Assembly: GCA_016203305.1 (NCBI GenBank)
Contig: JACQMY010000036.1
Location: 1,886-65,885 of the forward strand
Length of the DNA: 64,000 nt
DNA from: Candidatus Woesearchaeota archaeon
GTDB taxonomy: Archaea > Nanobdellota > Nanobdellia > Woesearchaeales > ARS49
Direction of reading: 5' to 3'
Of this stretch, positions 60,001-64,000 are shown one piece after another (position 1 is the first letter of the stretch; each line of letters begins with the position of its first letter). The notes beneath the pieces are model-generated. The model did no database searches, was not told the DNA's origin, and was given only the letters and a program-made list of their open reading frames with translations. The position numbers and the translations under genes are program-made.

Positions 60001-62670
60001 ACAGTTTATCATGCTCGAATGCGACCATGACGAGCTATTGTAACTGCATACCCGGGCATCATTATCAGCACCAGGCAAACCAGGTATATACCCGAATAAT
60101 CCATTGTTACTCTGGCTTTCGAACGCACAATCCAAACTCACCGCGCCCGCACCATTTGCCTCAATCGCAGCATCCTCGGCAGGAGGAACAGGAGAAGTCT
60201 CAACAGCACTGCCATTCCACATCCTGAAGTTGCCATCACCCGTAGTATCCTGGCTCACGAAACCAATACGATCAGATTTTTTATCGCCACAAAGACGCAT
60301 CCCATTCGGAGCACCGCTGTCCAAAGTGAAGAACACCTGATCAGCACTCCAAGACTTTGCAGAATAGTTAAACGTCCTGAACGCATAAGTCGTTGTAGAG
60401 TTTGCGTACACTACCAAGCCATCCTTGCTTGAACCCTCCCAAATAAAGTCAAACAATTGCTCGGCAATATCGTTAACGCTACCAGTAATGTTCATCTGAG
60501 TAGCATTATCAAACCCTGTACCGTTCCACATCACAGCAAAAATGTCAAGGTTCGCATCCTCCAATAAAACCATGACATCATCACTACCATTGCGGCCCAC
60601 AGTCTTAACCCAATGAACAGCAGCAGTAACATTCGTATTCAAAGCAAACTCAGAACTCCAACCAGTGCCATTATACAACCTATACTTAACCTGTCCATTC
60701 GCAACAATTGAATCTTCATAAACAATTAAGGCGTCTCCTGATATTTGCTCGAAATCAAGATCAAACCCTCTGCGCCCAGTATTCGGGTTGTCAAACGCCA
60801 ACGCCTGAAAGTCAGACCAGTTAGACTCGTACACCTGAACAGACGTGTTTGTATTAATGTCAAGAGTCCCCATCACAAACTTGTCAAACCTAGGTCCCGG
60901 ACGCAAAACCAGCCATTCAATATCCGCACCAACCGAGTTCGCATCAGTTTGTTCCTGCATAAATGACTGGTTTGACAAATTCCAGAACCGGTAACGCGGA
61001 GCAGGAACTGAAGCTTCAGCATAAGCAGCCAAGCCATCAGAACCAGCAGCAGTAACTGCAGCATCATGAATGAAGTCAAACTCAATAAATCCAGACAGTG
61101 CGTTCTCTGCAAACGTATTAGCATTACAATCAGGCTCTGTTGCATCACAATTATCATTCGTAATATTGCGCACAAGCTTGACCACTTTGAGGTCGAAAAC
61201 ATCTGTGCCAAATGGAACACCACCTAGTTTCACATATTGAACTTCAGCAATACCAGCAATACCAGAACGGCCAACTATCACAGAAGTATTCGCCACGTAA
61301 ATTTCAACATAGCTAACTGTTCCATTATCCCTTGCCAAAAAGTCGATCACGCTGCCATTCGTCAAGTTACGCTCGAAAGTTACTCTAACTTTATGGCCTG
61401 CTGGAATCGGCTCAGACCACACACCATCAATAGCGTTCACCTGTGAGAAGACATCGCTCACGAACGAACCGTTCTTGTCAAGATGAATGGCAGCAGTAGC
61501 ATTAATCTCGCCAAAGCCAGGGTCTTCCGGAGTAAGCTCAAACGAATACTCTCTACCCGGAATCAACCCAGACTTGAAAACAGACCAGCTACCAGCGCAA
61601 GATCTTGAATCAAAGTCCCACTGCTTACACTTCAACAAAGCAGTACCCTGAGCAACAACAGTAACAGTGGCTGTTGAGAAGTTCACCCCAACAGGATCAA
61701 TCGCGTACATCTGCACGAACCTGCCGGACTCAGGAGTATCATCAACACGCAAAACCTCACTTCCAGAAAGGTTAACATCCTCGAACTCAATCGAACTTAC
61801 AGGACCTGAATCCAAGTCAACCAAGACGTCAACACTTCTTGGAACCTCAACAGCAGAGCTTGTTCCCACACCCATTGCCTTCTGCGCCAATAACCTGCCA
61901 GTGCCACGCTCAAGGAATTTCACACTGCCCGAAACACCCCTGCCAGAAGCATCACGCACAACAAACACTGCAGAGACATTGGCTAATGCATTGACCTGTG
62001 CAGACCCATTCAAAACCAATTCTACAGACTCATTAACCAGGATCGAGTCGTTAATCGCCACCAGCTCTCCGCGCAATGAATTGTTCACAGTATTGTTAAC
62101 AGGCGGCTCAACTGGTACAACAGGCGAAGCGTTCTGCAACTGGTCAACCATTGCATCCAATGCATCCTCAACATACGGGGCAACAGCAGGAACATCCACA
62201 GTTTCGACAACCTCGACAGTAGGCGGTAGGTTGTAGATAGTAGGTAGTAGGTAGTAGGTGGTTGGCGGAACTGAATAGTTTGTAGTGGGCAGCGTGTAGT
62301 TTGTGGTTTGTGGCACGTCATCTGGTTGTTCAGACTCATTGACCGCATCAAGCGGTTCAACAGAATAGTTTGTAACAGGCACTGCATCAGAATCGTTCAA
62401 TAGCCCGACAGGCTGTTCAACTATGCCTGTGTTTTCTGTCGTGAATTCCACAACTAACTCTGACAAATTGTCTGGAGTTTGCACGACTTCCAAGACACGG
62501 CCAGGCACGTCAGGAACTGAAGCGTTCGACAAAGCAGAACCTAGCACGCTCAGTGCGTCGTCTACAAGAGGAGCAGAAGCTGGAACGTCAACAGTCTCTA
62601 TCACAGTCACGTTCTCTGCAGCAGCAGAAAGAACAAGTGCAAGTACCAACAAGAGAGTGAAGCGTTTCAT
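48052..62670 (-). CDS. giant (4872 aa) secreted surface protein with about 30 DUF11-type repeat domains, Gly-rich linker and C-terminal TM/coiled-coil anchor
   Basis: Signal peptide 'MKRFTLLLVLALVLSAAA'. Recurring '(K/S)SDSPDPV..G..L.Y.I.V.N.G' DUF11/TIGR01451-type repeats, N-glycosylation-sequon rich. 'GGGGSGSGGGAGGAGGAGGGGGG' linker. Uninterrupted 14.6-kb ORF. Confidence 0.85.
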   Translation of the reverse strand: MKRFTLLLVLALVLSAAAENVTVIETVDVPASAPLVDDALSVLGSALSNASVPDVPGRVLEVVQTPDNLSELVVEFTTENTGIVEQPVGLLNDSDAVPVTNYSVEPLDAVNESEQPDDVPQTTNYTLPTTNYSVPPTTYYLLPTIYNLPPTVEVVETVDVPAVAPYVEDALDAMVDQLQNASPVVPVEPPVNNTVNNSLRGELVAINDSILVNESVELVLNGSAQVNALANVSAVFVVRDASGRGVSGSVKFLERGTGRLLAQKAMGVGTSSAVEVPRSVDVLVDLDSGPVSSIEFEDVNLSGSEVLRVDDTPESGRFVQMYAIDPVGVNFSTATVTVVAQGTALLKCKQWDFDSRSCAGSWSVFKSGLIPGREYSFELTPEDPGFGEINATAAIHLDKNGSFVSDVFSQVNAIDGVWSEPIPAGHKVRVTFERNLTNGSVIDFLARDNGTVSYVEIYVANTSVIVGRSGIAGIAEVQYVKLGGVPFGTDVFDLKVVKLVRNITNDNCDATEPDCNANTFAENALSGFIEFDFIHDAAVTAAGSDGLAAYAEASVPAPRYRFWNLSNQSFMQEQTDANSVGADIEWLVLRPGPRFDKFVMGTLDINTNTSVQVYESNWSDFQALAFDNPNTGRRGFDLDFEQISGDALIVYEDSIVANGQVKYRLYNGTGWSSEFALNTNVTAAVHWVKTVGRNGSDDVMVLLEDANLDIFAVMWNGTGFDNATQMNITGSVNDIAEQLFDFIWEGSSKDGLVVYANSTTTYAFRTFNYSAKSWSADQVFFTLDSGAPNGMRLCGDKKSDRIGFVSQDTTGDGNFRMWNGSAVETSPVPPAEDAAIEANGAGAVSLDCAFESQSNNGLFGYIPGLPGADNDARVCSYNSSSWSHSSMINCPLTGSLIGGGNSVETLEFYPHPVTNEIMMLGFSFVENLASARWNGSNWTNVSTIETALDCLNGQTQCAMFAWGSFDPAPSILVVSPANGSIFTTNGTVNFTVNATDNINISRVNVSVTLPNGSIVSFNLTLVSGTTTSGLYELNFTNTTQNGQYNFTVFALDSSGASSSVSGSFTISGALFTNVTVAKSDSPDPVVRGQTLRYQINVSNAGTIVAENVTVRETYPTNVVFNGSQPAPSSGNNTFTIGNLSAGRSFLVNITVNVSASNGSLLNNTAVVNYSNSTGNQSVNTSILTTVLGFPVVFADKADTPDPVLNGSTLRYQITVFNTGDEIAYNVTVVDGYPANVIFNGSQPSPASGNGTFSLGNLLPGQSTTINITVNVSAALANGSVLNNSFNATFANISGVNTTVPNSTITTVQGAALVFTSKSDSPDPVPKGTTLRYQIVVNNVGTEIAYNVTVVDGYPANVIFNGSQPSPSSGNGTFSLGNLLPGVSTTVNITVNVSAGLTNNSVLNNSYNVTFASLAGQNSTVSNSTLTTVLGSPVVVSVKSDSPDPVVKGQQLNYSILINNTGDDTAFNVTLVETYPAGVVFHSSGPVPISGNGTFSLGNLSPNASTTVNITVNVSNGLSNGTVLTNTVNATFANSSGQNGSASDSELTTVLGFPVVFASKSDSPDPVPKGTTLRYQITVVNLGDEFAYNVSVVDGYPVSVVFNGSQPVPTSGNNTFSLGNLSPGQSTTVNITVNVSSALTNSTVLNNSFNATFANLSGVNTTVTNSTTTAVLGSPVIVNIKSDSPDPVVKGQQLNYSILINNTGDDTAFNVTVVETYPAGVVFHNSSPVASSGNGTFLLGNISNGSSTTINITVNVSNGLANGTVLTNVVNATFANSSGQNSSVVDSELTTVLGFPVVFASKSDSPDPVLNGSVLSYQITVINLGDEFAYNVTVVDSYPSNVVFNGSQPSPSSGNNTFSLGNLSAGQSATVNITVNVSGALANGSVLNNSFNATFANVSGVNTTVTNSTTTNVQGTPIVITIKNDNPDPVIKGQQLNYSIFVNNTGGEIAYNVTVVESYPSGVVFHSSTPAPSSGNNTFGFSTLLPGQSTTINITVNVSNGLTNGSVLNNSVSATFANASGQNVTVSDSELTTVLGFAQVSVNKSDSPDPVVRGATLRYQIVVNNTGDEIAYNITVFEDYPVSVVFNGSQPVPSSGNNTFLLGNLTNGTFTTINITLNIGRGLANGTVINNTVNVTFANLSGVNFTQNASQNTTVIADTIQPLVFDVRPFEGTAFAPGIVIEISANVTDNIAVDNVTANITFPNGTTFLVNLTRVPGTDKYNGSFITPNLNGQYNITFRANDTEGNINNTVVTSFNVGLDTIVPQIRFVGPTPADNTFTGNTFVPVNISVDEANMSVALIELNGSRVNFTTPLRSEANGTDITFVASLTSQSHVITIADNASRANLTATFSVISGTLNVLVNGNNVGTIGTSDVSPKTFENASNFLLIGSNTIEYAPVIAVTATIDQSNITYTPLNMSFFNNFTGLADGVYQYFGSVSDIGSNSNQTGNRTITIDTLRPAAEFVSPTDANGSTIARRNILVNLTGTDVNFANTTIRLFNSTGGEINSSNTSSSPNFVNFTGLADGLYFFNATVFDLAGNINNTETRQVVVKVNPPNVSVLSPVAGGSFLLNDTINITANVTDWLGVGTVMVQITYPDGTLQNFSTNVTGSLYNLSFSNLTQRGNYTIRIFANDTLNNVNNSFTLTFIRQSLNVIDIVNRTGGFVNYTLSVTSNVSGMLNLSANISGSRVKSISMLLHNSSSILSILRIDDPFSESQTPNGSFVEYAIDPTGINFTNASVVVTAIGDYLLYTCKNYNFSGQECLGNWSEIMNISPGQNYTITITPNDPGFLETSSAVDVAIAPVNNTAFVIAFVDNNESDVSFRIMNTNGTVIVNTTDVDTSADNVSRVDVALVNSTHFLISWVDGPSDDLTQGLFLINGTNTTSPTVVRAGIGLNTDVKLASIVNQSVTCYANDGNADASFLTFFNNGTQSVGELAVDGNMAPAAPNENLVGCAGANSTRWAYFWFDDLSNDATFSIQSETGALLTGQVDIDADVGETGQVAMTSLGNSSLVNNSFFMAFYDSVDQNVYIAGRTSDNVVLFAPASIDGNAGVISRISAGTVKMNETSSEDVAVVAWWDENAGAIKAATFNASGSNISNEITVESQPNSTFRLLDVAGRVSVTNNSICPGRFVVAYTNSSGQGVFKGFFTDGSSWDGTCDLVTPLVFDLRPVVNSTFNIGETIELAANVTDDGVIDTVLANVTLPNGTIQQVVLVIVPGTSKYNASFFIPLTGLYNVTIIANDTSGRVNSSEVTNFTALFVTPSISTSKTDSPDPVVKGQQLNYSILINNTGNSTAFNVTVVESYPSGVLFHSSSPVASSGNGTFSVGNLSPNMSTTVNITVNVSLGLVNGTVLNNSYNVTFANASGQNATVTNSTLTSVLGAPVVVTIKTDSPDPVVKGQQLNYSILINNTGDDTAFNLTFLDSYPSGVVFHNSSPVPTVGNNTFSLGNLSPNASTTVNITVNVSNGLANGTLLNNTANASFQNTFGLNQSASDTEQTTVVGFPVVFTSKSDAPDPVARGEQLQYSIVVSNLGDEIAYNVTVVENYPENVTFHNSSPAPSVGNNTFSLGNLSPGQSATVNITLNVSAAAANGSVLNNSYNVTFANVSGVNTTVRNSTTTTVLGAATISVVKVDSPDPVIKGQQVNYSILVNNTGDDVAFNVTLTETYPSGVVFHNSSPVPTVGNNTFSLGNLSPNASTTVNITVNVSNGLANGTLLSNFVNVSFQNTSGGNRSSSDTEVTTVTGFAVVFTSKSDSPDPVPVNSTLRYQIMVNNVGDDIAYNVTVVEGYPVNVTFNGSQPLPSSGNGTFSVGNILPGGSTTINITVNVSFAAFNGSLLNNSYNVSFANATGQNFTVTNSTTTTIAGIVALAVSKSDSVDPVLQGSQLNYTITVQNLDGEIAYNVTVNETYPSGVLFVSSSPAPASGNSTFSLGNLSPGASVNLSILVNVSNGIANGTVLNNSVNVSAVSVSGEFVQVNATESTTVISGLSPVVVSIAPANGTNTTNLTVLFFANVTDAESATLNCSLLLNGSVNQTNSSVLNNSVVNFTVSGLSEGNYTWAVACTDTSADTSTSETRVFAVDRTPPDFLSLLFSPSTVDALDPGVLINFTANITDNFTAVDLNSVVLHIVVNGSSFANVSMSFNVLTGEFNASFLAVEGSYIVFMTGNDTAGNNGTSGIVVFNVSFEATWTRSPANLGVFSSPMGVNISMGNITINNTGDVNLSFVLNSTLNATFFSETNFTLSPGGVRMVGVNATAPGTVGVFSNNITINATTVGSSLNASPAQLNTSFTITTVDDAFLFADFSVIPSQVQRGQSGISIIARVTNRGTKNASNVTLNITLPVDWVLTGGGLSTFFGTIEPNASEELPIIVQIPSGAVLGFRDVSTAADGFNDSGVLLSSQNLTLGTTAQVLVVAGPGFVVGGGGSGSGGGAGGAGGAGGGGGGIDPGTFQKTFFERAALVTNETIEVKRGTRIVFPLIVTNVYNNSLMKRVDLTVDGYLSRYIHWSPQALENIPYGQSRIFDIELAAPAYEQQSEVNITFIMTSLLEAEGVEFRNGLPFSTKIRKTVVEYKRVRLIIREVTSDEVERAYTDVESLYAIVVAKDYPVTRADVLRGMLRNALVQRDYKESAYVVEKLRLLLERELEAGALLDKVRTEINKAEDEGLDVLAVEKLLSLAVKAFEREDFDRAISLADEALAVQLRVVERAWTWQSVARRYWWALALLAALALYGALKAVLLARLAFIKYRLDALLRERVEAQRLLREAQEAYFVRRELGGREFERASGQLQLRLERITGDMVGLRLLRSRLYRKDQALKVAIAERQEAMRGLREAQLAYFAHHVISRRRYELRMQVFKSLVTELDAHIAELRKEVGK

Positions 62671-62831
62671 TTTTTCTTCACCCTCTTCAGCGTCAACTTG
62701 CCACTCTCAAAACCAAAATCGATCTCATCCTTATCGTTCCACTCGAGAATTTTCACTAAAGTCTTAGGAATCGTTAGAATATACTGATCTTTAGGAGTCC
62801 TCTGTAATTTGCGTGTGATTCCCTTCGTCAC
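62667..62831 (-). CDS. small AbrB/SpoVT-family (swapped-hairpin) DNA-binding protein, GTG start, stop overlapping the giant-gene start
   Basis: Hand-translated: (V/M)TKGITRKLQRTPKDQYILTIPKTLVKILEWNDKDEIDFGFESGKLTLKRVKKK. 'ILTIPKTLVKIL' resembles the AbrB/MazE 'vtIPkei' motif. ATGA overlap with the giant ORF. Confidence 0.4.
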   Translation of the reverse strand: MTKGITRKLQRTPKDQYILTIPKTLVKILEWNDKDEIDFGFESGKLTLKRVKKK

Positions 62832-62956
62832 TTATTACTTCCTCTTTTCCTTTGAAATTCATATGAAAATGGAGCGCCTATTTAAAAGCTTTGTGGTGTG
62901 GTAAAAGGTATACTGGTACAATTGAGGAGTACATTCTTGACATATGATAAGTAGTA

Positions 62957-63001
62957 TGATGAATAATATGATGAATAATATGAAGATTCATATGAATCTA
63001 A
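62957..63001 (+). promoter_or_regulatory. tandem 12-mer plus palindrome upstream of the AbrB-like/giant-protein operon (candidate operator)
   Basis: TATGATGAATAA x2 (62957-62980) followed by the palindrome AGATTCATATGAATCT (62986-63001). TTTTAAATA box about 55 nt upstream of the GTG on the minus strand. Confidence 0.4.
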
Positions 63002-63099
63002 GAGCTGAAAATACTTCACAAGTGCCAGCAGGCATCAGAAAAAAACAACCACACAGCCAACGATATCTTTTTAAACGACTCGCCTTCCTCACAGACAAC

Positions 63100-63203
63100 G
63101 CCGCGGTAGTATAGTCCGGTCAAGTATTCGGCCCTTTCGAGGCAGCCAGCAAGTGCTGGTCCAAAGCTAGGCTGAGACACGGGTTCAAATCCCGTCCGCG
63201 GCA
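63100..63203 (+). tRNA. tRNA-Glu (anticodon UUC) with an intron of about 29 nt
   Basis: Manual fold: acceptor GCCGCGG/CCGCGGC, anticodon stem CGGCC/GGCTG, loop CTTTCG|intron with ccagca-ag-tgctgg hairpin|A, T-arm ACGGG-TTCAAAT-CCCGT. T-run follows. Confidence 0.65.
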
Positions 63204-63353
63204 CTTTTTTTAGTGCGTAGCACTTGCTGGTTAAGTTAAAAGGGGATTTGAACAAGCCTCCTCGCGATGCTATGCTCGCATCGGAGGTTCTCCAAATGCT
63301 TGCCTACGCTCGCATTTGCAGAAACTTTCCGTCCGCTACGCTCCCGGAAAGTA

Positions 63354-63372
63354 ATCCCGTCCGCGGCACTTT
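63354..63372 (+). repeat. second copy of the tRNA-Glu 3' end (19-bp exact repeat)
   Basis: ATCCCGTCCGCGGCACTTT is identical to 63189-63207 and 63467-63485. Followed by a T-run. Confidence 0.75.
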
Positions 63373-63466
63373 CTTTTTTTTGCAATGACGAACCTAATTT
63401 CTACCCCAAAAACGCACACCCTGGGGATCTCCAAAGCCGCCGCTCCCCTGGAACCCCTGCGGCATC

Positions 63467-63485
63467 ATCCCGTCCGCGGCACTTT
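63467..63485 (+). repeat. third copy of the tRNA-Glu 3' end (19-bp exact repeat)
   Basis: ATCCCGTCCGCGGCACTTT followed by a T-run. Confidence 0.75.
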
Positions 63486-63489
63486 TTTC

Positions 63490-63729
63490 TTAATGCGCAC
63501 GCTTAACCGCGAAATAATAAACGCTTGCGCCGATAAAGCCCAAGAAAACAAGCACGAGAATCCACGCGATGCGCTCGCTGTCAGCCAGCTGTTTTCTTTT
63601 TGCACAATCAATAATCATCAAAATCCAGAAAACTGTAAGTGCTATTACTGCGGCAAACATCAAAAACATGAAGAGTATCATGCCAACAACAAACAAGCCG
63701 TCTCCACCATTCATCATTGCTTGAAACAT
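63490..63729 (-). CDS. small two-TM membrane protein (PLD-nuclease N-terminal-like)
   Basis: 'IAWILVLVFLGFIGASVYYFAVKR' resembles the PLDc_N small-membrane-protein family. Confidence 0.35.
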   Translation of the reverse strand: MFQAMMNGGDGLFVVGMILFMFLMFAAVIALTVFWILMIIDCAKRKQLADSERIAWILVLVFLGFIGASVYYFAVKRAH

Positions 63730-63808
63730 GGTATGCTGAATATGTTTAAAGTTTATAAAATCTCTGCAAACAAAACTTAAATACTTGGCGTGGATAAGAG
63801 TATACTAG

Positions 63809-64000
63809 ATGGCTTACCAAAGAGGAAGTCTCCAGCGCCACGAACAGCTCAAACACCAAATTCTATCCAACCCGGAGATCGTCGGCATAGCAAAAAAGGA
63901 CATCATCAGCGTGGAAACAGAGTATCCACTAACAAAACGAAGACGAACAGTATTTGCACGACCAGACATCCACATAACATACCGTTGCAAACAAGGAATC
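63809..64000 (+). CDS. hypothetical protein, N-terminal fragment (runs off the window)
   Basis: ATG at 63809 with a TTTATAAAA box about 45 nt upstream; open to the window end. Confidence 0.3.
   Translation, partial: MAYQRGSLQRHEQLKHQILSNPEIVGIAKKDIISVETEYPLTKRRRTVFARPDIHITYRCKQGI

Noticed and set aside
48231-62387. Many 60-230-aa ORFs on the plus strand inside the giant gene (for example 49290..49505, 55496..56194, 61667..62236).
   Set aside because: All are antisense to an uninterrupted 14.6-kb ORF with clear repeat-domain structure. Their products are low-complexity Ser/Thr/Val-rich mirror translations of the DUF11 repeats.
1-64000. CRISPR arrays and rRNA genes.
   Set aside because: No regularly spaced 24-40-bp direct repeats with unique spacers and no rRNA-like conserved segments were seen. 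The heptad arrays are contiguous 7-bp units without spacers.

Overview
Archaeal chromosomal window, about 42% GC, carrying accessory elements next to housekeeping genes. All calls are from reading the sequence and the ORF track; no searches were run.

Housekeeping and signalling content:
- ftsY, prefoldin alpha and scpA sit on the minus strand at 5.5-8.2 kb.
- Four tRNAs are present. Three have BHB-type introns of 13 to 42 nt, which fits an archaeal origin.
- A chemotaxis operon runs on the minus strand at 26.4-33.7 kb: MCP, CheW, two CheY, CheB, a free-standing Hpt, CheA, CheC and CheD. No cheR is present.
- A PAS sensor, KaiC-like ATPases and a response regulator / degenerate KaiC x2 / histidine kinase cluster follow at 34-43.4 kb.
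- A 4872-aa DUF11-repeat surface protein is translationally coupled to a 54-aa AbrB-like ORF. A paralogous anchor protein lies immediately downstream.

Mobile and defence content:
- An IS4-like insertion sequence with 12-bp perfect inverted repeats, a 9-bp target duplication and a YREK-signature transposase.
- A beta-class DNA methyltransferase overlapped by a candidate restriction endonuclease, next to a two-gene HEPN-like pair.
- A putative integrated element of about 11.7 kb, bounded by an exact 12-bp repeat of the tRNA-Gly 3' end and ending in a tyrosine integrase. It carries an MNT/HEPN/TPR operon, a PD-(D/E)xK-like protein, a KamA-family radical SAM enzyme, a TrmB regulator and an ANT/LinB-like nucleotidyltransferase.
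- A smaller flanked islet next to it encodes a caspase-like candidate with a His-Cys pair.
- The 3' ends of two further tRNAs are also repeated downstream. The tRNA-Ile(UAU) repeats bracket a nucleotidyltransferase-HEPN toxin-antitoxin cassette; the tRNA-Glu 3' end occurs three times.

One signal has no named category. Tandem arrays of a degenerate 7-bp unit, G-N-N-N-W-A-G, sit in the 3' flanks of several unrelated genes, once as a convergent inverted pair. A recurring GTTTGTAG...CTACAAAC hairpin often accompanies them.
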